Shown here piece after piece: positions 44,647 to 55,175 of a stretch of DNA of 64,000 bases (position 1 is its first letter; the number at the start of each line of letters is the position of its first letter). A program made the position numbers and the translations under genes. The notes beneath the pieces were generated by a model, which saw nothing but the letters and a program-made list of their open reading frames with translations, searched no databases and had not been told where the DNA came from. The DNA comes from Mycobacteriales bacterium (GTDB lineage: Bacteria > Actinomycetota > Actinomycetes > Mycobacteriales > QHCE01): contig JABFVL010000058.1 of NCBI GenBank assembly GCA_013362805.1, forward strand, positions 38,805 through 102,804, written 5' to 3'.

Positions 44647-47600
44647 TTATCTCCGTACATCCGGGGGTGACATAGGACGGCCACCCCTACCGCGCATATG
44701 AGGTGGGGAGCCCGACCCAGTTCCCGGCACGCGCTCTGGAGCCGAGGCGGGGCTACCCCCAGGAATGGGTCCGGATGGGAGAGCACTGTGCCCCGTGTCG
44801 GGGTCATCGGGTAGATAGTGGCGAGCCACCGCTACGGCATTCACGTTGTGACCTAGGGGCCGCTCGGGCAAATAATGGCGAGCATTGCGAACCCGCTCCA
44901 GGATTTTTCGCAGCCCCTCCGGACCCAGTTCCTCCATCGACCCATTATTTGAAAATCCATTCCCATCAAGGTCACGCAGGATTTCTTGCACACGTTCACT
45001 CGCTACGTCGTATTCGGCGGCGCCAAGATCCCGATTCGCACTGAGCCGCCCTTGCAACTGCTCCAGTGATACGTCCCATGTGTTGACACTGTCCAAAAGC
45101 CGAGCCTTCTCAACAGCAGTGAGCGCCTGGTTTGAAGCATCTTCGAGGCGTTCCGTAATCATTTTTTCCAGCGCTTCGGCGTATTCCTTCATCGTTTCGA
45201 CAGTTTGATCGGCGCGCACCGCGGCCCGAGTCGCCGCTTTTCGCGGGTCGGTACTCTTGGCACGAGGTTCATCGAATAGCTCATAAGCGCGTGAAAAACC
45301 CCTGGTTACTTCTCGTAGCACTCCATTGGCGGCTCTGGAACGTAGACCAGCGCGAACAGAAAGTCGTTGCAGTCCCGCGACAAGCTCAACCGCTTGGCCA
45401 GCCCCGCCTTGCGTGTCTGGAAGATCCGCTAACGCGTGCAGGGCCTCTCGACTCGCGTTCATCATGTTTTCGCGAAACGATTCTGCCTCGCCCGTGGCAC
45501 CGTTGTCGTCTGCAGAAGCTTTGGTGTTTTTTCGCCGTATATCTCGCAACTGTTGGCTCGCCAGTTGCTCACGGTAGCGTCGTACCACGCCGTAAGCGGA
45601 CTGGATGATCGCCGGCGGGTCTTGGTGGAGGTCAATCTCGCTATCGACCACAGTGGCGACCAATGTTTCTTCCTCAGTGACCGCCGCGTTCTCTTCCTCG
45701 CCCCGTTGAGTGAAAAAATGCCCCAAAGTGCCGTGAGCGCGAGCAGTCGCACTTTCATCACCGGCCCCGACGGTGTCCAAAACCACTAACCCAATCGGAA
45801 CAGAAGGTTCACTGCCGACTGACGGTGGAACGTAAGGAACACCTATCCGTGGAGGGCGCGCCGCTAATTCATCAGGTGTAAGTTCAGCCGGTCGCGCCGC
45901 ATGAGCGAGCCGACTCAGTGCATTTTCGTCCGCTTCGGGCGCGGGAAATGGCAATGTTCGTAGGTCACCCAATATCGCGCTGGCTTCGTCGATTTCTTGA
46001 TCGTTGAACGACGTCGCCAGCGCACGTTCACCAATCGTGATTTTGAGTTCGTTCACCAGAGCAAGTGCGCGTTGCGATTCTGGTTCTTCATACAAATCGG
46101 CGAAGAGTTTTAGATCTCTCTCCATCTTCACTGCTACGGCATGAAACTTCTGGCGAGTAGTGGACTCCCCCGCCTCGCGTTTCGGCGGCGGTTGGTTGCT
46201 TTCGCGCACAGCCGCATCGAGCAGCCGCTCGACCTGCCTAAGTTGCGCGTCATACCGTGTATCCAAAAAGGGCTTGGCCAAACGCAATTCGTCAGCATCG
46301 AGCTTTCCGGCATGGACCTCCTCCAACACCTTGTCACCAATCCCCATTAAAAGATCGGGATGATCTTCGGTGATCGCGTCAGCCATGATCTCGTTACTGC
46401 GGCGAGCGTGCTCGAGAAGATCGACATCGATTTCCTCAATGGTTACCGGTGCCGCAATTCCCATCACTATCTCGTCGGTTCGGCTACGCAGCTCTCTGAG
46501 CTCCGGAAGCACCCGTTTGTAGGCGTCAGCCACCTGCTCATCAGCAAGCACTGGCAGGCGGTTTTCGTTTTGGCCGACATAGGCCGGTTTGACAAAAATT
46601 GGTGGAGCTTCCGGCGGGAGCGACTCATCGCGAAAAGGTATCGCTTCTGGATCATCGGAACTGGTCGCCTGGTAGCCCAGATTCAGCAGGCGCTGTTTTT
46701 CTACCCAACGCACCCGCTCGTCTAGCTCATTCCTTAGTGAGCGCGCCGCCGCTTCTTGCCCAGTGAACCGATGAGCTTGCACTGTGTTGAATTGCGACCC
46801 CGATTGAATGTGAGGATCTGGAGTTCGCCCATCGTGAAAACTGTCGGAGTTCAGTGAGTCACGGGCCAAATCCATGAAGATCACGGTGGTACCCATGGGG
46901 CGACGATCGCCGCCCAGCACCGGGGCATCGGGATCAGTCGGCAGCGTCGCGGGCTGTTCGAAAACTAAAGGGATATCCGGCACCGCAACAGCGCCGAGCT
47001 GATCAGTTAGCGCGTCAACTTCGCGTCTTTCGGGTATGGGCGCTTCGCGCAGTGAAATGTCATATTCACCCCGCACAATTTTCAGGAGCAGTTCTCGAGC
47101 GGCCTGGGCATCGCCCTCTTCCTGGAGGGCGTTACCGGCATTTTCAACGCCTTTGAGCCGCTCGACGAGATCCATGAGCGCCAACTGGTTCTCCGCATCG
47201 CCTATCGGCACCGCCTCGTCGACAATGTTGGCGGCGGCGGCCGCAAGATCGGAGAGACGCCCACCAGCAGCACGTAACTCCTCATCAGCCAAGCCGTCAC
47301 GGACCGCTCCAAGCAGTCCAACTACCTCGGACTGTAAAGCTTCGTGGAGCGTCTCGGTGACTTCTTTCTGCACCCCGCGTGGTGCGCTCGGACCATTGGA
47401 CGGAGTTGCTGGCGGAGATACTTCCGCTGGATCCAATGGCTGCAACTGATGGGGCGCAAGCTCATCAGGAAACCCCGGAGCGCCGGATCTTTCCGGGTCG
47501 ATGGACGAATTTTCTGGCACCGAACTCGGGGATTCGTCTGGGTCTTCGTCTGGATCTTCGGGCACATCTGATCCCCCGCTCGGCGGGGGCGGAGGTTCTA

Positions 47601-48063
47601 CAGTGCCCGCGCCGTCACCAGCCGCCGGAGCAGGCAATTCGGCTTCGTCCGATGGCTGAGATGCCGACCCAGCAACATTTTCAGCGCGGTTAGATTCACC
47701 GAGCGGTTCGTGCCGTTCTTCATCCCCCGGGTCATCAACCGCTGCTTCAGCAAGAAGAAATTCCGTGACACTTTGGAGATCCAGTCCACCAGTTGGTTCG
47801 GAATCTACGCCGGGAACAGCCTCATTAAGGAAGCTCAAATCAATGAGCGGCATAGTGGGGTCGTCTGAAGGCGGTTCCAACCCGGCAGCTTCTAACTGTT
47901 CACGCGTTGGCAACCCAGCGGCCCGGCTTAGCTCATCGAAAGCGATGGGGCTTGGCGGCGGTGGCGTGGGCAGCTCGTGCCCGCCAACCGCCTCCGGAGG
48001 GCTGGATCCGTCATCCGGCTCGGGTGGTCGGGTCGGCTCTTGAGGCCCGTCGGGCGTACGCAT
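44647..48063 (-). CDS. giant-array paralog A5 (1138 aa); function unknown
   Basis: ATG start immediately after the A4 stop (TAAATG). It has the central block PPRIGVPYVPP (45823..45855) and the C-terminal block ARHYLPDD (44803..44826) followed by a Pro/Gly basic tail. Confidence 0.85.
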   Translation of the reverse strand: MRTPDGPQEPTRPPEPDDGSSPPEAVGGHELPTPPPPSPIAFDELSRAAGLPTREQLEAAGLEPPSDDPTMPLIDLSFLNEAVPGVDSEPTGGLDLQSVTEFLLAEAAVDDPGDEERHEPLGESNRAENVAGSASQPSDEAELPAPAAGDGAGTVEPPPPPSGGSDVPEDPDEDPDESPSSVPENSSIDPERSGAPGFPDELAPHQLQPLDPAEVSPPATPSNGPSAPRGVQKEVTETLHEALQSEVVGLLGAVRDGLADEELRAAGGRLSDLAAAAANIVDEAVPIGDAENQLALMDLVERLKGVENAGNALQEEGDAQAARELLLKIVRGEYDISLREAPIPERREVDALTDQLGAVAVPDIPLVFEQPATLPTDPDAPVLGGDRRPMGTTVIFMDLARDSLNSDSFHDGRTPDPHIQSGSQFNTVQAHRFTGQEAAARSLRNELDERVRWVEKQRLLNLGYQATSSDDPEAIPFRDESLPPEAPPIFVKPAYVGQNENRLPVLADEQVADAYKRVLPELRELRSRTDEIVMGIAAPVTIEEIDVDLLEHARRSNEIMADAITEDHPDLLMGIGDKVLEEVHAGKLDADELRLAKPFLDTRYDAQLRQVERLLDAAVRESNQPPPKREAGESTTRQKFHAVAVKMERDLKLFADLYEEPESQRALALVNELKITIGERALATSFNDQEIDEASAILGDLRTLPFPAPEADENALSRLAHAARPAELTPDELAARPPRIGVPYVPPSVGSEPSVPIGLVVLDTVGAGDESATARAHGTLGHFFTQRGEEENAAVTEEETLVATVVDSEIDLHQDPPAIIQSAYGVVRRYREQLASQQLRDIRRKNTKASADDNGATGEAESFRENMMNASREALHALADLPDTQGGAGQAVELVAGLQRLSVRAGLRSRAANGVLREVTRGFSRAYELFDEPRAKSTDPRKAATRAAVRADQTVETMKEYAEALEKMITERLEDASNQALTAVEKARLLDSVNTWDVSLEQLQGRLSANRDLGAAEYDVASERVQEILRDLDGNGFSNNGSMEELGPEGLRKILERVRNARHYLPERPLGHNVNAVAVARHYLPDDPDTGHSALPSGPIPGGSPASAPERVPGTGSGSPPHMRGRGGRPMSPPDVRR

Positions 48064-51000
48064 TTAGATCCTTGGGTTCCGTTCGTGTCGCCCGCCCGGG
48101 TGTCCAGATGAACCGGGGACAGGTCGGCGTGGCATGCCTGGACCACTCGACGGATCAGAGGGCGGTCCGCCTGTCGGATTAGTACCACTCGCATTGATGC
48201 CGGAATCATCGCCACCGCCGAGATAGTTGCGGGCGATTTCTCGCACGCCCACTACGCCCAAGGGCTGGACAGGGAAGTGGGTGCGCGCTTCTCGCACATG
48301 CCTCAAATACCAACGCACGGAAGTCCTATCCAACAGCCCAGGTGTCGGTTGCGGGATCAGGTCGTACGCGTCATGCTGCCCCAACAGAACGCGAGAACGG
48401 TCGAACTCGTGGGCTGTGTCTCGGTTGGGGTTAAGGTCGAGCGCGTAACAGGAGACAGCCTGGCTTACTACCCGCATACTTTCGTCCAGATGCGCCACGG
48501 CTTGAGGCGGCACCAGGTCGTCATCGTTCATCGCGGCTTCGACCGCACGCAGCTCGGCTTCCAAACGATCCAGAAAACGCGCGGTGGTTCGCAGGGACGT
48601 ATTGGCTACCGAGGCGGCATCCGTCGCCCTCTGACTGCTGGGAACATCGCTGCCCCTGGGCGGTTGTCGGTTGAAGTGAGAATATGCCGTTTCGAATTGG
48701 GTTTTGAGAATGTCCACAAGGGCGTTAGCTCCCGCACCCTCCATTCCTATCTGAAGCGCCGATTCCTGCACATCCACTAGTGCCTCGACGGCACGCAGGG
48801 CATTCGCTCGTGTGGGCGCCAAGCCGCGCACCTGCGCTTCAGCTTCGGCGCTCTGCGCCGCCAAGGTGTCTTGGAATTCCTCAGCGCTCTGCTGCTGGGT
48901 GGAGCGACGCCGTCTGCTTTCAAATCGGGAAGATTGCCGCTGTCGAGCTCGAGCAATGTGCTGCTGATAGCTGGCCAACTGCTCGGCAACCGTGTCGATG
49001 ATGGACTCGGGTGCACCGTCCAAATTTACCTTCGCGGCGAAATGACCTGCTACGACCTGGTCGTCGTCCTCGGGGGCGGGCCGTACAACACTTTCGGCGC
49101 TGAAGAATTGGCCGGCGTCTCGAACGGGGTGTTCTTCAGTAGCCGTGATCGTCTCCATGAAAGGCAACTCCACCGTGGCGACCGGAGGGGTCGCTGACGG
49201 AACATAGGGCATACCTATCCGCGGAGGATATTGGCTCCGTTCTTCTTGGCTCAGTTCACCTGGGACGACAATCGCAAGCGCGGCCTCATCAGGCTCAGTC
49301 CGCATAGACCTTTCGTATGGGTTCGATTCGAGAAGCTGGTCGGCCATCTGGCGTGCGGTATTGATCCCCTCCAGATACCTGGCTTGTTCCTCTTCCGGAT
49401 CAACGGGGCCTGGTCGGCGCACACTCCATTCGTCCGCGTGTTTGTACAGGTTGGCCGCTACCCGAAGCGTGCCATGCAAGGGCGCGGCCTCGGGGTGTTT
49501 AGCGAGTGTTCCTTCCACGTCGGCGATCAGCTCTTGAGCCTGCACCCCAGCCATCCGTGCCGTATTAGCTGTGAGTTTGGCGCTCATCCTCACCAACTCA
49601 TGCTGCTGCTCACGACGGCCAGGGGTAGCGAGTGGTTGGTTCACCATGGTCGCAGCGTTAGTCAGTGTTCGACTGATCTTCTCGACATTGCCCTCATACC
49701 GTAAACGCAAAGCCTCGCCGACTTGGTCCAGATCATCGGCGGTCACCGGGTCTTGCCCCGGGTGAGGAGACAACAACTCGATAGCTTGTTCACCTACCTT
49801 CATTTTTTGTTCAGGAGTCGCCTGTGGAGCCGCTGCGATCATCACTTGGTTGTTACGCACCCCGAATTCGGCAAGCTGACGCTGTACCGCGGCTAGTTCG
49901 TCCGCTGTCGCTCCCTCATTGGCCAAGCGCCGCAAATTCGATTCGATATCACGCAGTTCGGGCAGCAACTCTTGGTATGCGCCAACCATGGCGTCGTCGG
50001 CCGGAACGGTATGGGTCTGTCCATCACGATCGTCGTACCACACTGGCAGGGCCAGCGAGTCGTGTTGGCTGTCCGTGCTCGAGCCGCCAGTCCAGAGCCC
50101 ATGTGCGCCAAGTTCGTTTTCTTCATAGTGATGTATCTGCATGCGCACCTGGGGCAATAGGTCACGGACGGCTTCTTCAGGGGACCCGTAACGACGCAGC
50201 CGAACAGTGCTTATGGCCACGGTGGGCGCGATATGGGGCCCATTGACCATGAATGGAACAGAGCCATCGTCGTGAACTGGTGGGCGACGCAGCGAAGCCA
50301 ACACAACCGACGCTCCGAGTTCCTCCCGGCTGGGCCCTAAAATGGGCTCATCGATCGGACGGGGTGCCGCCTCAGGCCCGAGTTGCTGCGGTGTATCTAG
50401 TAGCTCCGGAATGTTCGTCCATTCAAGTTGTGCCTCTCGCCGGCGGGCAACGTTAGGCAAGGGCGCTGTCGCCAACGTGACATCAACTGGAGTGCCGGTT
50501 AGGGCATTTTCCTCGGGTTCGCCCACAGGGGTAGGAGCGGCTACGCCATTGTCGCCGTTATACAACTCTTTTGTATGAGCAAGTAGACCTTTCATGCTGT
50601 TAGCTAGTTGCCGTGGATCGGCTCCGGGTTCTAGCGCCATCACGACAGCTTGGCCCGCTTGGCCCAGGTTGTTTAAACGTTCTCGTAGGCGAGCTAATGC
50701 GAGCCCGTCTTCCGCCATCGCTTGCTCGACAACGCTCTCCACTAGGGCAGCCCCCTGGGCGGAGAGTTCGCTGAACCGACGAGCGGCCACGCCAAGACGC
50801 GCTTGCTGCGCCGAATCGTTCGGATAGTCGGCGCTAGCGAGGGTAATTTCACCGGCGGCCAGCACCAGCACCCTGTCGAAAAGCCGTGCTACATCGGCGG
50901 CGACTTCAGCTCGGCGCTCTTCGGGTAGTTCATGGAGATAGTTCAGGACCGCGGGCACGTCTTCACTAGATGTGGCGGCGGCTAGCGCGTTAGATATTCG

Positions 51001-51789
51001 AGTGGCGCTGTTTTGTACCTCATCTGGATCGGCTACCCGCAGCGCGTCATCCAACGTGGATACATAGTGGTGAACCTGCTCGTCGCTGACTTCCTGTTCA
51101 GGACTAGAGGCGATATCGGATGACTGATTCTGCGGATCGTCAGATATCCCCCCGCTTTGGGATGACTCCCCCTCATTATCCGGTTCCGTCACAGCCGACT
51201 GGGTATCGCTAGGTTGCGCATTGCCGAGCCCCACCGCGGCCCTCCGCGCGTCGCTAAGTTCCGTCGGACCTGGCTCAGTTGCCGCTGTCGGCTCTATCCG
51301 CAATAGTCGCTCATTGATAGGAGCCCGCAGTTCCCGCCACTGTTCGGCCACAGCTGGCAAGTCCTCGTCAAGTAAATCTCCATGTTGATACCGCAGTACC
51401 AGCTCAGATACATACCCACCACCTGGAATCACCATCGGGATGGCTCGCCGAATCGGCTCGTCCGGGTCACTTGGTGAAAAATCAGCCTCGTCGGGCCCCG
51501 ATGGAGGTTCACCTGCTCCGACCCCACCGGGTGGTTCGTTCGGTTCGTCTAGGCCGGCGGCGGAAGTGGGATCAGATGGAACACTGCTTTCGCCGGGTAG
51601 CTGCGGCAAATCGGCAGCCAACACAGGGCGCTGTGGCACCTCAGCGTTCGGCAGCGGCGGTCTGGCGCCGTCCGCGAAAGGAACAGCTGGCTGCGGCAAA
51701 GCAGAAGCGGCGGTCGCATCGGTATCAACCAACGGAAGTGAGCGGCTGGGGCTATTTGGAGTGTCGGGGCTGTGCATCACATACCTCAC
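48064..51789 (-). CDS. giant-array paralog A4 (1241 aa; alternative ATG at 51777); function unknown
   Basis: GTG 51789 overlaps the A3 stop (GTGA). ATG 51777 has GAGG about 8 nt upstream and may be the real start. It has the central block YPPRIGMPYVP (49198..49230) and the C-terminal block IARNYLGGGDDSG. Confidence 0.85.
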   Translation of the reverse strand: MRYVMHSPDTPNSPSRSLPLVDTDATAASALPQPAVPFADGARPPLPNAEVPQRPVLAADLPQLPGESSVPSDPTSAAGLDEPNEPPGGVGAGEPPSGPDEADFSPSDPDEPIRRAIPMVIPGGGYVSELVLRYQHGDLLDEDLPAVAEQWRELRAPINERLLRIEPTAATEPGPTELSDARRAAVGLGNAQPSDTQSAVTEPDNEGESSQSGGISDDPQNQSSDIASSPEQEVSDEQVHHYVSTLDDALRVADPDEVQNSATRISNALAAATSSEDVPAVLNYLHELPEERRAEVAADVARLFDRVLVLAAGEITLASADYPNDSAQQARLGVAARRFSELSAQGAALVESVVEQAMAEDGLALARLRERLNNLGQAGQAVVMALEPGADPRQLANSMKGLLAHTKELYNGDNGVAAPTPVGEPEENALTGTPVDVTLATAPLPNVARRREAQLEWTNIPELLDTPQQLGPEAAPRPIDEPILGPSREELGASVVLASLRRPPVHDDGSVPFMVNGPHIAPTVAISTVRLRRYGSPEEAVRDLLPQVRMQIHHYEENELGAHGLWTGGSSTDSQHDSLALPVWYDDRDGQTHTVPADDAMVGAYQELLPELRDIESNLRRLANEGATADELAAVQRQLAEFGVRNNQVMIAAAPQATPEQKMKVGEQAIELLSPHPGQDPVTADDLDQVGEALRLRYEGNVEKISRTLTNAATMVNQPLATPGRREQQHELVRMSAKLTANTARMAGVQAQELIADVEGTLAKHPEAAPLHGTLRVAANLYKHADEWSVRRPGPVDPEEEQARYLEGINTARQMADQLLESNPYERSMRTEPDEAALAIVVPGELSQEERSQYPPRIGMPYVPSATPPVATVELPFMETITATEEHPVRDAGQFFSAESVVRPAPEDDDQVVAGHFAAKVNLDGAPESIIDTVAEQLASYQQHIARARQRQSSRFESRRRRSTQQQSAEEFQDTLAAQSAEAEAQVRGLAPTRANALRAVEALVDVQESALQIGMEGAGANALVDILKTQFETAYSHFNRQPPRGSDVPSSQRATDAASVANTSLRTTARFLDRLEAELRAVEAAMNDDDLVPPQAVAHLDESMRVVSQAVSCYALDLNPNRDTAHEFDRSRVLLGQHDAYDLIPQPTPGLLDRTSVRWYLRHVREARTHFPVQPLGVVGVREIARNYLGGGDDSGINASGTNPTGGPPSDPSSGPGMPRRPVPGSSGHPGGRHERNPRI

Positions 51790-54700
51790 TTACCGAATCC
51801 GCGGTTTGGGTTTGTGCTTCCGCCTTGGTTGTCCGGGGGCGGCGAACGATGAAACGCAGAGTCGATGAGGGCATCCAACGCGTTGGCAGGACCTTGAGAT
51901 GGGCTGACCGGATTGGGGTGCGCACCCTGGTCGCCATCGTCGCCACGCATCAGGAAAGTGCGCGCTATCTCTTCGGGCTTGATACCGTCGTTTAGAATCT
52001 CGCCGGGCTGATGGAGCAACTGCAAGTGCAGAGTTTTTGCGATCGCGGCGAGTAGGTCGGCATCGCAACCTCTGGTCAGCGCCGTTATTCCGAGTGCGTA
52101 GGCCTGCTCGGAATATGCGTCAGCTTCCTCTAAAGGTGCGGCCAATTCTGTGGTGAGAGCATCCTCAATCGCCTTGTGATGATTGTGCGCGTGACGCAAA
52201 GACTGCTGCAATTGACCGCTAAGGTGCGTCGGCAACAATGCGCCTTCTCCTTCCTCGCGCAACCGTGCCTCAGCCAACCGGCATTGGCGTTCTAACTGTC
52301 CTAGAAAACCGCGGTGGAGTTGCAGCGCGGAATCAACTTTGACCGCGGATTCAGCCGCTTTTTGTTCAGCGGTTTCCTGGTCTGTAGTTCTGGCGTTGTA
52401 CGTATTTTTTGTACGCAAAGCTGAGAGTTTTATAAACTCGCCTCCGCATGAGGTACTCAACACTGCTTCAGCAGCCTCAGTGTGGAGCTCTGAGCAGGTG
52501 CGCACCGCGGCCACGGCGCCTTCTCGGGTTGGAGGCAACGCCCGAACTTCCGGAAGAACCCGGTCTACTGCCCGCAACCGGTCGGTAAGAAATCGCACGG
52601 ATTCGATGGCGGCCGCTGAACTGTTTTCACTTTCGGCGAGCGCTTGGGTGTAAAGATTGTCGCGGTACGTCACCAGATCGTTTTGGACATTAGTGATGAG
52701 TGTGGTGGGCTCATCCCGCAAGTCCACCGGGATCGAGGTCAGTCCAATCATTACCCGGTGTTCATGCATATTGCTGGTGTCTACCTCCCATTGATCAGGG
52801 CGGAAAGATTGACCAGTGAAGGCGGTGTTTTCGTCAGTTTCGAGCTGGGCACCCAACATAGGCATTGAAAAACTCAGCATGGGTGCATATTCGCCCGGGA
52901 TATAAGGCACCCCAGCTCGGGGCGGGCGGGCGGCCAGCTCGGCGGGTTCCAATGGACGTGGGGCGGCGATCTCTAGCGCACGCTCGGCCACGTCCACTTC
53001 TACGAGAACCTGGTAAGGATTGAGCTCATCCCGAATCTGATGTAAGGACTGACGGAGTTCGACAACCTCTTCCGCGGTGAAAGGGTGACTCTGGTCAAGT
53101 CGTTGAGACACCGCGCTCAACGCGTCCTGACTCGCGAGGCTTGCTTGGAAGAGCCCCTCGTGATCCACCATCTCAGCAAAGGACAGCACTTCTTCGCCAA
53201 TAGCTACCGCCTTTTCGCGAAGCTGTTGGTTGTTCGCGGCCGCGTCAGAGGAGCTCGCCGTATCACCTCCTTCGGGAGGCCCAAGTCCATCGGCGAGTGT
53301 GTCAACTTGCGTTTTGAAATGTTGGATGTGCACATCGGCGAAGGTCGCGGGAACGGCAATGTCATGCACGTCACGCAGAACGTTGGCAAGCGACTCATGC
53401 GCTTCGGCTATGGTTTCAGGTCCGCACGCAGCCGCGACACGGCCCGCCGTCTCACGCGTGAAATCCGTGAGTGCTCGCACGATCTCCTCATAGGATCCCG
53501 GAGAGGATTCGCCATCGGCGATCGGGACAAGCTGCTCACGGAATAGCGCCAACGTAATCGGCACTTCATCGAGCAGTGCCGCGGTCCCTTCGTCGGCCAA
53601 TATCGGCTCATCGTTTTCGGTCCGCATTCGAACCACATATATTTGCTCGCCGAGCACGGTTTGGTACGGCATTACGTTGCCTGGATCGTCGTCGTGTGTG
53701 GCTGGGCGGAGCCCCTCCAGCTCGAGTCGGCGCTGCGTCACAACATCGCTAACGTCATTGAGCTCTTCACGCAGAGCGGCTGCGGCCCCTTCTTCAGTCT
53801 CATACCGAGTCAGATCAATGCCCACAGCGTCGAGCATCAAGGAACCTGACTCCCCAGCGACCTCTGAAAGCTCTTGACGTGGCAAAAGTAGCCTCACGCT
53901 CGTTCGGATTACTCTCCCCCTATCGTCAAGAATCGGGTCAGCGGCCCGTAAGGGCTCAGGCACTTGATCGGGTAGTTCAGTTATTTCAGGTGCCGCTATT
54001 CGTTCATCTAAACGCGCATCGGGGTCGGGCAATTTGTCGGCAATACTTAAGGGCGTCTGCCCCACCTGGAGACCGTCCAATGCCAACTGAGTAATCGTTT
54101 TGTTCACGTGCACCGGATCAGCGTCAGGGTCCACAAGTGTTTCCACTGCCCGCGCGCGGGCGTCCAGCCGCCTGGCGAGGTCCACGACCGTGGCCCGCTG
54201 CTCTTCCGGCGTTTCATCAACAATTGAGCTGACCAGTGAGGCGTTGAGTGTGGCTAATTCTCGGTACTTCGTGATTTCTTCATGCAGGGGCTTCTCGACA
54301 TTTTCTTCCTCCGCCGACGCCGGTGCGGCCTTGCCGGCGGTGTGCTCGATGAGTACCCGATCGCTTTGCACTTCTAAGGCCCGTTGAGCTAGCGATGCGC
54401 CATCATAAGCCACGTCACGCAGGTCACCGTCTGTGTGCAACCGCCGCAGATAAGCCAAAACATCCAGGATTTCCGCTGGACCGACATTGCGATTCGCCAG
54501 TTGCTCATTGAGATCTCGCCAAGCGTCATCGAACTGACGACGAAAAGTTTGCGGGTCTTGAAGGGCAGCGATCTCAGTATCTAATGCGCCGATCGCATCA
54601 ACCAACATTTGATCTGCACTTTCGAGTTCGGCCGCTGCGTCTGTTCGGGCACGCTCCAACACGTCCGCTGGGATTTGTGCGATCACATGTTGGCGCAGTT

Positions 54701-55175
54701 CTTCCCAGCCACTGACGCGGGTTGCTACATCTACTTCAGTGGGCTGACGATGATGCGTAAACTTGACGGTTTTGATCTCAAATGTCTTGCTCGTGTCGCC
54801 CGTTGGCATCCGTAGCGGCACCGGAGTATGACGACGAAGTCCGTCAGCCTCACCTGGCCCGCCAGGATCCTCAGGATAATTGGGCGGCGTGCCCTCTCCG
54901 TCTGGCGCCGAAGGTGAAGCCGGTTCAACCGGCTCAACCGAATCGGGCAAATCGGGCAAATGTGGCTCCTGCGGTTCGGCCTGAAGCAATGCGTCCAACG
55001 GATCGTCGCCCGTCGGCTTCACCGGCACGACCGCATCGGCGTCCGGTAGAACATCTGGTGAAGACCACGTGGGCTGCGGCAAGGAATGCGCAGGTTGTCC
55101 GCTGGACACCGGCGGTGATGACGGTGGCTCTGGCGGTGGTTCGCCCCGAAAGGGCGGTTCGTTCGGCATCGTCAT
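51786..55175 (-). CDS. giant-array paralog A3 (1129 aa from ATG 55175); function unknown
   Basis: The track ORF starts at 55214, but ATG 55175 forms an ATGA overlap with the A2 stop (55172..55174). The leader reads HSLPQP...DVLP...DDPLDALL (54984..55007). It has the central block PPRAGVPYIPG (52893..52925) and the C-terminal block IARTFLMRGDDGD. Confidence 0.82.
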   Translation of the reverse strand: MTMPNEPPFRGEPPPEPPSSPPVSSGQPAHSLPQPTWSSPDVLPDADAVVPVKPTGDDPLDALLQAEPQEPHLPDLPDSVEPVEPASPSAPDGEGTPPNYPEDPGGPGEADGLRRHTPVPLRMPTGDTSKTFEIKTVKFTHHRQPTEVDVATRVSGWEELRQHVIAQIPADVLERARTDAAAELESADQMLVDAIGALDTEIAALQDPQTFRRQFDDAWRDLNEQLANRNVGPAEILDVLAYLRRLHTDGDLRDVAYDGASLAQRALEVQSDRVLIEHTAGKAAPASAEEENVEKPLHEEITKYRELATLNASLVSSIVDETPEEQRATVVDLARRLDARARAVETLVDPDADPVHVNKTITQLALDGLQVGQTPLSIADKLPDPDARLDERIAAPEITELPDQVPEPLRAADPILDDRGRVIRTSVRLLLPRQELSEVAGESGSLMLDAVGIDLTRYETEEGAAAALREELNDVSDVVTQRRLELEGLRPATHDDDPGNVMPYQTVLGEQIYVVRMRTENDEPILADEGTAALLDEVPITLALFREQLVPIADGESSPGSYEEIVRALTDFTRETAGRVAAACGPETIAEAHESLANVLRDVHDIAVPATFADVHIQHFKTQVDTLADGLGPPEGGDTASSSDAAANNQQLREKAVAIGEEVLSFAEMVDHEGLFQASLASQDALSAVSQRLDQSHPFTAEEVVELRQSLHQIRDELNPYQVLVEVDVAERALEIAAPRPLEPAELAARPPRAGVPYIPGEYAPMLSFSMPMLGAQLETDENTAFTGQSFRPDQWEVDTSNMHEHRVMIGLTSIPVDLRDEPTTLITNVQNDLVTYRDNLYTQALAESENSSAAAIESVRFLTDRLRAVDRVLPEVRALPPTREGAVAAVRTCSELHTEAAEAVLSTSCGGEFIKLSALRTKNTYNARTTDQETAEQKAAESAVKVDSALQLHRGFLGQLERQCRLAEARLREEGEGALLPTHLSGQLQQSLRHAHNHHKAIEDALTTELAAPLEEADAYSEQAYALGITALTRGCDADLLAAIAKTLHLQLLHQPGEILNDGIKPEEIARTFLMRGDDGDQGAHPNPVSPSQGPANALDALIDSAFHRSPPPDNQGGSTNPNRGFGK

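Noticed and set aside
44803-44826. Reading the C-terminal HYLPDD block as a canonical T7SS YxxxD/E secretion motif
   Set aside because: Y-x-x-x-D spacing fits A5 (YLPDD) but not most of the others. In A1-A3 the aromatic residue is Phe. In A4 and A6 Asp is at +5. The block is not visibly preceded by a WXG helical hairpin. I keep it only as a loose analogy.
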